Source: Intoshia linei (Eukaryota > Animalia > Orthonectida). From it: a stretch of 64,000 bases of DNA. The notes under the pieces are model-generated. The model saw only the letters and a list, made by a program, of their open reading frames with translations, had not been told where the DNA came from and searched no databases. The stretch covers positions 1 through 64,000 of the forward strand of contig LWCA01000054.1 in the NCBI GenBank assembly GCA_001642005.1. The letters run 5' to 3'. Both the position numbers and the translations under genes were made by a program. Of the stretch, positions 38,374 to 50,251 are shown in pieces (within the stretch, counting starts at the first letter, position 1; every line of letters begins with the position of its first letter).

Positions 38374-39852
38374 ACTCAAGCTTGGCTCTAAAGATTAAAT
38401 CACAAGTGATCATATTGGTAATTATTTGATAAAAATCATCACAAATTAATTACCGTTTAAGATTTATGTTGCAATTATATCGGATTATAAAATTGTGTAT
38501 TAAAATAACGCACCGTTACGCGCCTTATTTAAATTTATTGATACGTTGTTATAGACACTGTAAAATCAAAATTGTTTTCTTGATATCAACAATTTATTTC
38601 TATGGTAGTGTAGAATATCTACGCTAAAGTTTGTAGTGGTATGTCCCTTCTAAAATTAGAGTAAAATTTTCGAAACGATAGAAATATCTTTACATTTAAT
38701 CCACAAACAAAATAAATATAGCTATAATTTGAAAAAATTTTTTTTTTGTTATTATAGAATAACATCAATGATACCTGATGCAGCTTGACATTATCAAAAT
38801 ATACAAAAATTTTTAAATTTTCAACAAAAACGAAGCATGATGTAGTGAAAATAAATATATTTAATCAGTAAAATACAAATTATGTTTCTGATTACGATAA
38901 TAAATGTACACAATAAGGTTTATATTGTTATTAACGGAACATAGTTATTTACATATTCATATTTATAACATATTTATAACATATTTACAATGGTAACTGT
39001 TTTGGTTAAAGTTTAGTATAATGATACAGTCTAAGTCAGTGCTTCTCAAACTTTTTTCAATAAATTGATAATTCGATCGATAATTGAGATCAATATGGAA
39101 ACAGCATTACACTAACAAAACAAAGTAATTGAGCAGACATAAGCACACATAATAAGCAAAACATAAGCCAGATTAATTTTAGGTTAAATGACAGCCTGCA
39201 AAATGAACGAAATTTTGCATTATAAGCCAAAATTATACTGTACTATTTTAGTCACAAATATTAACTAAAATTAAATCGGTAGGCATAAAATTTTTCACGA
39301 CGAATTGATGTTATCATTGTAAATTTTCGACCTACCAAAAAAAATTTATTTACACATAAATCCACTCTGAACTAGCCATAAAAAAACCTTAAAAATTTTG
39401 AAATTTTATCACTCTTTGATGAATAGTACGTGTTTAAATAAATTCTCATATTCCTGTTAAGCAGTGGTTCAACCGGTGCACTGAAAAGAAATTTGAGTTT
39501 ATTTTGTAAATTTTTACATTATACTTATCAAATCATTTTTATTTATTTAAACAAACTTCAAATGTTAATTTCTTTGATTTTACGATCGGTTTGTTATCGA
39601 CGGGATTAAGATTATTTTTTAATTAAAACATATCCTGTTGAGGAGATTTATTGTTATTTAAATGTGATCTTTGGAAATTTGATTTTTTTTATAATTCGAG
39701 CTGATTATAAATTTGATTTTTTTTATAATTTGAGCTGATTATAAATTAGATAATTGTTTATCATTGCTCTGATTTAAATTTTCAATTAAACTTAAGTGCA
39801 CTAAGTGCATTGCACTAGTAAGTGTAATATAAGTGTAATCTTATATGTAATA

Positions 39853-40370
39853 CTAGGTTGACTGTTATGTACTACGTACAAACAGTACCTAGCTCTGCTG
39901 AGACCACATTTTTATTATACCAAAAAAATAAATTCATATTGAAAATCTAACTTATTAAAAATCCTACTATTTACTATTATCATTGATAATAATAATTATC
40001 AATCCTTTAAATGAGTGGTTCCCAAATTTGTTTCAGGTGGAACCATCATATCACATTACTTTTTACTTTATTATTATTCCATTATTTCATATTTTTATTA
40101 TTATATTATTCCAGTTAATTATTCCATCTTAATTTTTTGTTTGTTAACATTTGCGTAAAGAATTTTAAAAACAATTGTTATCCCATTTTTTTAATTTATT
40201 AGACAGAATGTGTGTATAATATTAAAAATAAAGAAAAAACAGTCAAATCCTAAAAATTGTCATAAATAGCATAAATTCAGTACCATATTAATAAATACTT
40301 AAAAATACCAATTGCATATCAATAATAACTGAATCTTCACTTTATAAATATTTCAGTCGAATTTTATATA
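39853..40370 (-). mobile_element. Helitron 3' half
   Basis: A|CTAGGTTGACTGTTATGTACTACGTACA...AGCTCTGCTGAGACC; collinear with 9468-9720. Confidence 0.78.
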
Positions 40371-40861
40371 ATAATTATAATGGCGGTATTGATTGGTCTG
40401 ATTGTACGTATTTTTTCTAGCCACTTTAGTTAAATGTATAAAATCAGCTATAATTATATGAAGAACATTTTATGGTTTTTACACCATTTTTTTGTAGTAT
40501 TCGTTGCTTCTGCAGTTTTTCAGTCTTAACTTGGATTTTTAGGTACTTTGTACCCTATTAGGGACCAATCATATCATATTAAAACTTGAAATTTAAATGT
40601 ACTGTCTATTTCACGTTTAACTTATCGCTCAATGTATCAATAATTTTTAAATTAATAAATTGTCGATCATACTAATTTTGTTGTACGACCGTCGTACTAC
40701 GACGTGAAATAACATTGATGAATCATAAATTATGACATTATAACTTATGTATACGTCAAAATAAATATAATATAATGTAGTCACTAATAACAAAATATAT
40801 GATTTTGAATCACAACTTGATTGATTGTTTATTAAACTTATATAAACACTATTATAAAATT

Positions 40862-43800
40862 ATGTCACTAAGATCTATGCCAGATTCAGTGGTACTTAAA
40901 TATGAAATTTTAAAAGAAAAGTATCAACTGGTATGAATAATAATTTATTTAGAATTTCTAATATATTTTACTAATCCAAGGAAATGAATATTAAATTTTC
41001 TATTGCGATGAGTATTTGTAATTGTACATTGTACAATATTCATATGTATTCATCGGCAAAATGTGTATATGATGCCGTTTGAATAGTTTTTGGAGAATTT
41101 CTAGTTCGCTAATGTTGAGAGTCCCAACATGGGACTTAATAATTTTGTTATAAAGAAAAGATGCCTGGGTATGATCGGCTCGTAAATAATCATCGAATTC
41201 CCTGTCAACAATAGACCCATAAGGAGAGTTGAACCTTCAAGCTCGAGGGCCCCGAAAATGAACATACACAATTTTTGGATTTGGAAAAGTAAGGCCTTTT
41301 TTAAGAAAAGTAATTTTACAAAAATTCAACCACGAAGATGGCCTAGTAGTACGGTAGGTTCAGCTCTGCTTGTATACATCCACGTGATCGTCATGTAACG
41401 GGTTATAACATAATGAAAAAAATAAATTTTTATTTAACTTTGATCATAGTTTAGTTTCATTTTATTCAATTACTAGAAATTTTACTGATTTTAACCAATT
41501 ACCCTAGTTTGAATCTTAATGATACTTTAACTCATCGTTTATTCCAGGGGTTCCCACACTTTTGATACGGCGTCCCGGTAATAATTACAAAATTTATCGC
41601 GGACTACTAAAGAGATATTACTAGACAACATTAAAAAAATTTATACGAAAAACGTAATAAATTTACTTATAATTACTAAATTAATTTTTTCAAAATTATT
41701 TCGCGGACTGGCATTTGGGAAACGCTGGTTTATTCATTCCACCATGATGATGTTATCATCTACAAATTGATTTTCGTCCTCATTTTCAATTTGTTTTATT
41801 TTAGTAAATGGAAAACTACTGTAAATTGTTCAGACATTAACTAATATAAATTTAATAATATTACGAGACAAAATAATTTTGGAATTATGTATACTCTATA
41901 AGTGGGTCCATAAACCGTTGACTCATGAACCCCTGTGAAAAATATAATTTGTAGATGTATTTAAAATTAATTATTATTACAATATTCCTAAACCTAGATG
42001 TTTGAAAATTTTCATGAACTCTTCTTGAATATTTTGAAAAAGGGTGGTTTGAGATTAATCAATTTAAAATAATTTAAAAATTAAAATGATAATGGTAGCG
42101 ATTAATTTACAAAAAATAAAATAATACAGATACAAAACAATTCTTCAATATTTTATTTCTATTCAAACTCTTAAAGAAAACCCAATGGGCATGCTAAATT
42201 GATTTGTTATAAAAAGCTTAATAAAGTGGTCAGTGACCACTTTTAAACCATCACGCACCCATCTATTTTTTTTGATTATTTATAATAAAGTCAATTATAT
42301 ATTAATAATTTGTCGAGTTATCGCATACCAAGAATCAAAAACGTATTTTCAATTAAAGAATCGCATCATTTGTTATTTATTTATAAATTGATATGAAGAA
42401 AATTTGTTTTTTTGAAATATATTTTATCGTTGATGAAAATATTTATCTCTAAAACTACATCCAATTAAAAAATTTTGCATAAATTTGTATGGAGATACAT
42501 AGATCCGTCTATTAGATGGGTACAACATTGTACAATATACATGAAAAAATAATTTCTTTTTTCCGAAACCCAATTTCAGAAACACTGAATTTGATTAGTA
42601 ACGTTATATAATTGCCACGTTTATGCGTCGTTGACAAATTATCAAATTATTATAGAAATTAGTACTGTTGATGTTAACTTTTATGCCGCAATCTAAGTTT
42701 ATATATTTAATTTTCCTTAATTTATAAATGAATGTTTTATTATTGTGTACTTATTTAGTTATACAAACAATATCAAGATGTCAAATTAGCACTAGAATGT
42801 AAAATTGAATCAGAAAAAAACCTCAAAGTATTTTTAATTAAAGTTAATACTGTGGTCGCTCTCAAAACTGACCACTTTTAAATTTTCAATTAATAATAAT
42901 TTTTTGGTAGAGATATGATGGTCCGCCCTCGGCAAGCCTAGGTACTTTTGGTATAAAGTAAATGACAGTCAAGCTAGTTATATTATATATTTATGTTCAT
43001 TATATCGTATAATAATATTCATATTTATTACATGAAAAATACGATTTTTGTCGTTTTCAGATCAATCCCGTCACAATTAGCATGTTAATTACTGATTTTC
43101 ACGAATAATAAAGATTTTAAAAAATATACTTGTAAAAATCGTATTTCAAGAGGAAAGTGATGTATAATACGTTTTGTGTCGTTTTCAGCTCAATTCCGTA
43201 TCATTTAGCATGTTAATTACTCATTTGCACGAATAATAAAGATTTAAAAAAATATACTTGTAAAAATCGTATTTTAAGAGGAAATTGATGTATAATACAT
43301 TTTTTGTCGTTTTCAGCTCAATTCCGTATCATTTAGCATATTATTTACTCATTTGCACGAATAATAAAGATTTAAAAAAATATACTTGTAAAAATCGTAT
43401 TTTAAGAAAAAATTGATGTATAATACGTTTTTTGTCGTTTTCAGTTCAATTCCGTATCATTTAGCATGTTATTTACTCATTTGCACGAATAATAAAGATT
43501 TTAAAAATTTAAAAATTTTTACTCGTAAAAATCGTATTTTAAGAAGAAATTTATGAAAAATACGATTTTTGTCGTTTTCAGATCAATTCAGTCACAATTG
43601 GCATGTTATTAAATATTTATAAGATAATTTAATATGTTGTAGTCCAAATTACAAAACATTCAACAAGAAAAGGAGAGCCTTTCTTATTTAAATAAGAGTT
43701 TTCTGAAACGAATAGAAATTATGCAAACCTCACTACTAAACAATAAAAATGCATTACCTATTTCCACCGATTCGGTATTTTTATACATTAAATAAATTGG

Positions 43801-45917
43801 ATTAGTGGTTCTCAACGCGTGCCATTTTAGTAAAAAATATGTGGAAATATTTAGAAAATTAATAAATTTCTATGAAATATTCATTAAGTATTGTATTGAA
43901 TTACTATTCTATAGAAGCTAACCACATTTGTCAGGATTAAAAAAATTTAGACTATAGAAAATCTCTTGAAATGTTTTTATTTTCAATATTAATCAACTTC
44001 AAAACAAATGCACGTTTAACGGGCCTTGACGAAAACCATAATTAATGAAAAGGCTGAATAACAAGTTATGACTGAACAATTTGATTTTGTGTTAAGGGCA
44101 ACGAAAAAATTAACGTAACTAGAGGCCAGTACCACGAAAGATTAATGACCACTTTAATTGGTCTGCTATGATACATTTAAACGCGATAAATATATTAACT
44201 AATTACGTTTTATTTAGTACGATTCTGTATACGCATCGGAACTTCAACTAAAAATATTACAAACTTTTCTAGAGATAGAGGTATTAAAATTATCTAAAAT
44301 TTTGAGAGGAAATTACCTATCGGTGAGTAATGATAAATTATTTAAATAGGATAAATCCACAAATTCAATGGAACGACCCATCAAACAGTTAAAAAAACCA
44401 ACTCGGAAATCTAAACTTTCTGATTCCAAGAGTAATTTTTCAAATATTATTTATTGAATATATCATAATACATGCAATGATTATTACTAGTAATTAAAAT
44501 GGATGGGGACAGTACTCTGCTTTTGTTTCAATTGGTTTTTGACGTAGAACAATTTGCTTCTATTCATGTTGATATTAAACTAACATTTTTAAATTTTACA
44601 TTTATTAGATAAAGTATAGTCGAAATGACTTTGTAAAGAAGAACATTGACACATTCATGTCCGGAATTGCTAGCCTGCAAACCGGTGTAAATGTCACTAA
44701 AAATAACATTAAAAATACATTTAAGGTAGATAAATTAAATTTCGAGACTATTAAGATTGCGTATCAAAGAATCAGTCATTATTACAATTCTGTTGAGGAA
44801 AGTCAAAATGTTAAACTGTAAATAATGAAAGACTATTTAAAAAATAAATTAGGTCCACCTATTCTAGACTGAAAAGCAGTTTTATATTGACCTTGCGTTC
44901 TACATTCATCTCTCTATTAAACGAATTTATGGGGAGATTGCAGACACGAGGTAAATTGATTGAAAGCTATAAAAATATTAAGTTTAAGATAACACGATTT
45001 ACGAATTTTCAGAATCTATAGTAGAATCTCTTATAGACCGCTTGACAGGTAAATATTTTGATGAAATGTAGTTTATATTTTAGCAATCATTATTTTACTA
45101 TATTTTGTTAAATTTAAAAAACCTCAAAACATTTTTAACCATTTTGCTATTGTAAAAATTTCCAGCAAATCAGAAACGATAAAAAACTGTCTTGTTGCTT
45201 TAAATGAAGTAAATTTTAATTTACTTTTGTTAATTGATAACTAATTAAAATTTAATTTTCAGGATTTGACAGTCTACTCCAAATTATGTAAAATTGTCAA
45301 TTTAAAAAATGAGAATATAAAATTAAATTTGAAAGAATTTAATCAAGACGAAAGCCTTATCAACATTGCAAATTTGCGCCTGTCATTACGTGATATTTAT
45401 TGTAAAATGCAAGACTATCAAAATATGGTTGGAAAATATTTAAATTGAAAAAACCTTAGATTCACTTAAAATCAAAAAAATTGGAAATATTTGCTGCCAA
45501 GATTGAAATTTTAAAGATGGAAAATGAAATGTTTGATTTAAATGAACACGAGAGGGTTTAATTATTCAAATGTATACATAATATATTCAAAGGATACAAT
45601 TTTACATTTCAATCAAAAATTGCTGAACAAAATTCAAAGCATGGCAAAAAAAATTCAAAAATCAGATTCAAATGCTTTGGAATATCAAATGGAGGTATAT
45701 TTTTGGAAATTTAATTTTCACTTTTTGAAAAAATTAGGCTAGTTCAATTACGGCAAAATGCATCAAATTAGATGACACTATTTCTAGTTTATCTGTCAAA
45801 TTAATAGCTTATGCAGAGAAAATAAAATTTTTACAGGAAAAATTGGTTCTTTTATCAAAAAATTGGGAAGAAAAATACAAGTTGCTTTCCAAAAGAGTTA
45901 AACTACCATCAAATTAA
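40862..45917 (+). CDS. PPP1R21: Divergent, shortened PPP1R21 (FERRY Fy-2)-like coiled-coil protein, about 15 exons
   Basis: LKEKYQL/LYKQY..., KLQNIQQEKESLSYLNKSFLKRIEIMQTSL (compare QQEMDSLTFRNLQLAKRVELLQDEL), SVYASELQLKI, and C-terminal KIQSMAKKIQKSDSNALEYQME...IKFLQEKLVLLSKNWEEKYKLLS (compare QLQLADSKSVHFYAE...LQDELTTTKRSYEDQLSMMS). The comparison sequences are from memory. Confidence 0.68.
41545..41727. mobile_element. hAT-type MITE (183 bp)
   Basis: TIRs CAGGGGTTCCCA / TGGGAAACGCTG. Perfect 8-bp TSD GTTTATTC at 41537-41544 and 41728-41735. Confidence 0.85.
43031..43612. repeat. Tandem repeat, 128-bp unit, about 4.5 copies, intronic
   Basis: TCGTTTTCAG recurs at 43051, 43179, 43307, 43435 and 43572. 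Confidence 0.93.
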
Positions 45918-45939
45918 CATTTATAAACATTTTTACAAT

Positions 45940-48900
45940 TTACAGGAATACACGTTTCTTTGTCGTTCGCATGAAAGGTCTGTGAACCCATTCTACCTTT
46001 GATATATTTACTAAATCTATTGTTCCTAATATTATTTTGTATACTAAAGTTAAATATATAGTTTCATTTTATATTTACATTTCATTTCAAAACGAGGGCC
46101 CAATTCCATTAGTTTAAGTTCTGGGTATTTTTTGAATGCGTGGTGTCTAAACATAAAGATAACTAAATTTGTGGGTTTATAATTATAATAGTCATTAGTA
46201 TAGTTTCATAAAGTGGTTCCAAACGTTTTAAGGGCTAACCCTTAATTTCACGTTAATTTTAAGAACCCCATAAACGACTAAACTTTGAGTTAATTTGTAT
46301 ACACTAATTACCTCATTGAAATAAAGTCTTCAGTATTGCTAAATGTAACAATTCTCTTTGAATTTAATTTAGGTACAGGAAATAGATATTTTAGAATATT
46401 AGTAACCTAACGTAAATGTTTAGATTTTAAATAATATACAAATTGTAATACCCTGAATCCTAAATCTGTTTTAAAGCCATCGAAAATTAAATGGGGGTAA
46501 CTTTCAGGTAATTTTGCTATAGCTTCAATATCGTGTCGCATAACAACATTAGATATTGTGAAATATGCGGTCGGGCCATAAGGTAGATGAGAAATTACTA
46601 ATCCATCTAAAATATTAAATTAACAAATCTTTTAGTTTAATGAATAGGGGTCCACGGCAATTGTAACAATACTTCTTTTTAAAACATTAGTATGGGTCTA
46701 CTGAAGTCAGTGGTTTCCAAAGTGGTCCATAGGAAATTCTAGATGGTTCACAAGAAAAATTTTAAATAAAATGAAGATAAAGTTTTTTAATTCTACCAGT
46801 GTCGAACCTACCGTATCTGAGACCCCTAATCCGTGTTTTAGACGAAATTTTTGTAAAATGGGTCATAATTTTTTTAAATACCATAATTAAATTTGTATTT
46901 TGTATGATAAATATAAAGTATCAAGTCAAGGGTCTTAGAGCTATATACCAGTATGCATAGCTTGTGAAAAACGTTTTTAGGCTCTATTTTTGATTTTTGA
47001 CAGCCTCGAACTAGGTAGGTTCAGCTGTGGGTTCTACCTTTCTTTACTTATAAACTTACTAGCTTGACTGTTATGTACTAAGTACTAAGGAATAAGTACC
47101 AATTTAATAAATAGTTAAAAATACCAATTGTGTATCAATAATTAACTGAACCTTCACTTTATAAACATTTCAGTCAAATTTTACTATTATTGCAAAGGAT
47201 TGTAATATAAAAATGATATTAACAAAGTTTTTTTAGTTTCGTTGTTTAGTTTATTATTTAAATTTGAATGTTTTAATAAAAATGTTTTGAAAATGAAAAT
47301 TTGAAATTTAAAAATTGCGAAGGAATGAATTATATTTTGATTATCACCCATATTTCTTTATTGGAAATGTGTAGACGTTTAATGCACATTTTTTTGAAAT
47401 TGTAGGATCAATATTTACATTTTCAATTTTTATTTTAATCGAATTTATTTGAAAAATATTGGTTGGTATTATATTAAAAATTATTTTGCACCGGGAATAC
47501 GTAGATTTCTGGGGTTCAAGTTTTGTATTTATATTAACTGGAATAAGCTCTATCAGAATGATCTTTTTTTTAATTTTCGGACTTTTAATTATTTCACATT
47601 TTTTGTTTTAATAAAATATTTCGGAAAAAAAATATATTAAAACAAATGCTTTTTTGACCGTGAAGGTGTCACTTATTCAGATTGACATTTTTTGTGTGTG
47701 TTAACAGGATACAACTGTACCACCTGTAAATTTTTTTAAATTATAGGGTTGTTTTCATCAAAAAAAAAAGGAAATTTGGGGTTTTGGCCCTAAAGATATA
47801 TTTTTTTTAAATTTAAATTTTAGATAATATTTATTAATTTAAAATCCGTATCAGAATATATATTTTTGTATATTCTCGAACTCGTTTGATATACAAAAAA
47901 ATGGCAATTGGGGTTTTTGACCCCGTAAGATGTGAGTTTAGTAGGTTGAAATTTATCTTATTAAACGTTCTGGAAAAAACTGTAATTGAAATGTGGTTTT
48001 TAAAAAATTCTAAAAGTGGTAGTTATTTCAATAAAGTGGAACACACACACACAAACAAAAATCGCGTAGCCTTTTATGTTTACTCTTAACTTGTCCCCAT
48101 TAAATTGACTTTTAGTTTAGTCTGTCATTAGTAATGATACACAGTCATTACACATCAGCTCAGCTACCAATTGCTTGATTAATTATTTATTAATTGTATT
48201 TTGAGTTATTTATTTGTTTCATTAGTTTTTTACATGGGGTATATTTGCTTAGTAACGTTTTTAATGCCTACCAACGCTTAAGGTCGAAGATCCACTGCAG
48301 CATATGATTTTTTCCAAACATTATACACTGCTTTATCACCTTTAACTTCATATTTTGTTCAAATGTTGAATATTATTTATATTTTAATTTGTTCAACAAT
48401 TTTTTTATTGAAATCCCTAGAAATCATAAAAATCCCGGGAATATTATCCCGGCATTTTTCCCGAGCACAATCCTTATATCAAAGTGACTACAACAATCCA
48501 AAATTTGACAAACTATTTTGCTCAACCCAGTAATTAAAAACATGTAAATATTAAAAAAATACCGGGTACACCGCGATGTTCATGAACAAATATTAAATCA
48601 GTAACTCCATTTTTACGGCAAACTTGAACCAATTGTTTAATATCTACATTACCACGATTAATACGCTGTGAAGTAGGAAAAAGTAATCGAACTTCCTAAA
48701 TATTAAATTAAAAATGTATTACGCATAATTATTAGTGCTACTGTCTTTTCTCGATTATAAGAAGTATTCTTATATTCGAGAGTAAAAGGAAAAATGCTTA
48801 TAATCAAAAACAAGCAGACTTTTAAGCAGACCTTGAAAAATATAAAAAATACACTAAAAGTATGCTTTTATAATTTAAGAACTCGTTAGATTTGTATTAA

Positions 48901-50166
48901 ATTACATCTTGGGGTATTCTCAAAATCTATTTGAGATAAAACTTATAAATTAAATAAATAACGATAACAATGAAGTCTATTATGAAGGAAGTAAAAAATA
49001 AGGTCTGTGAAGGACTTAAATAATTTTTGGTCCCGCTTGATATCATTGATTATAAGTACATTGACAATATTAAAAACACGTCCGAATCACTTTATCTTAA
49101 TGAATTTTTTGTTGCTTCAAAAAATTTGAAATTCAGATTACTTTCAACGAATTGCATAAACAACATATTGTATATGGTGAAAGCAAAACTTGTAAATTAG
49201 ACATTCTATTGTATGAAGGAAGTTATTTTTTAAAAATAAATTGATATGTTGTCTATTTTTTGTTTAAAGTTTTTTCTTTCGAATACAAGCAGAAACTGCT
49301 TATATTCAAATTTTATTTAGTTAAAAATTTCACTGAAAATTTGTATTTCAGGGGTCTGCTTATAATCGAGAAAAGACAGTAGAAGTTGATGAGAAATTTT
49401 ACATACAGTATTATCTCAAATCTTGGAGACAACTCAACGGAGAGGACAACAAAAAATTAAAAATAGAATTTAAAAAAGCGATTTATTTTTTTCATTTAAG
49501 GGCTTGGGAAACTCTTCTTTAAAAAAAAAAGTCTTAAATATGTTAGTCTTATTAACATTAGTGTTGACAGTTGATAAAAATGTATAGATTAACTTTCATC
49601 AATCCTTTTGAGAAAAATTGGTAAATATAATTAATTAAAGACAATAATTCAAAACACGGCCAAATGAGCAGTGGTTACTGACCACTGTATAATGAAAAAA
49701 TAAAAAATCAACCTTAACAAATTCTTTTAATTTAGCACTAGGGTTATGAGAAGTAGTGACTACAATTTTTGGATCCGTTAAACCAGCGCATCTATATTCG
49801 TCATCGATTTCCGAGTTAATTTCTTAATAAAAATTAACAGTGAAATGAAAAAAAAACTTTTAGTATTATTATCTTCCCAATCGACGATATTTTTGAGCTT
49901 ATCGGCTTCGTCTTTAAGTTGGTGAGGTATTCTATCGCCACCTAATTTATTTTGATGAAAATTGAAAAATTTATAAAAAATTTAATGATTTGACAGTCGT
50001 CATAAAAATTTAAAAGCACCGTCAATGGCATCAGAAATTTTTTGTTTTTTAACATTCAGTAATTTTTTTTCTTGTTCAGCAGATTTACGGTAAATATACT
50101 CACGTCGTTCTCTGGCTTGTCTGCGTAGCTAAACAATATACAATTTTACCTAAAACATATTACCAT
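45940..50166 (-). CDS. IMP4: U3 snoRNP protein IMP4 (Brix domain), about 9 exons; the first coding exon is ATG only. Absent from the ORF track.
   Basis: M/LRRQARERREYIYRK, IDDEYRCAGLTDPKIVVTTSHNPS, QRINRG, VTDLIFVHEHRGVP/DGLVISHLPYGPTAYFTISNVVMRHDI, ILKYLFPVPK, ELGPRFEMK/LYKIILGT, VEWVHRPFMRTTKKRVFL*. Confidence 0.96.
46797..47029. mobile_element. hAT-type MITE, family C, in an IMP4 intron
   Basis: TIRs CAGTGTCGAACCTACC / GGTAGGTTCAGCTGTG. TSD AATTCTAC / GGTTCTAC. Confidence 0.65.
47059..48078 (-). mobile_element. Near full-length Helitron copy in an IMP4 intron
   Basis: A|CTAGCTTGACTGTTATGTAC at 47059. Collinear with 9730-10610 up to AAAATCGCGTAGCCTTTTAT; the extreme 5' end is missing. Confidence 0.8.
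48741..49379. mobile_element. Tc1/mariner-pogo (Tc2-like) non-autonomous element in an IMP4 intron
   Basis: Perfect 21-bp TIR CTGTCTTTTCTCGATTATAAG / CTTATAATCGAGAAAAGACAG with a TA TSD. Confidence 0.88.
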
Positions 50167-50251
50167 ATGTCGATATAATATAATTAATTTGGTTACTATA
50201 TAAATGTAATTTAAATTGAAACTTTATTGGATTGTCACGAGTAAAATTTCA
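50167..50251. promoter_or_regulatory. Putative minimal bidirectional promoter region for IMP4 and PWP1
   Basis: Only 85 nt separate the divergent ATGs. CTATATAAA at ~50196-50204. Inferred from geometry. Confidence 0.5.

Noticed and set aside
43031-43612. CRISPR-like array
   Set aside because: Whole 128-bp units repeat with no unique spacers, there are no cas genes, and the context is a eukaryotic intron.
45946-46002. Apparent extra + strand last exon (EYTFLCRSHERSVNPFYL*) for the PPP1R21-like gene
   Set aside because: It is the antisense of the conserved IMP4 C-terminus (VEWVHRPFMRTTKKRVFL), and the + strand gene already has an in-frame stop at 45917.
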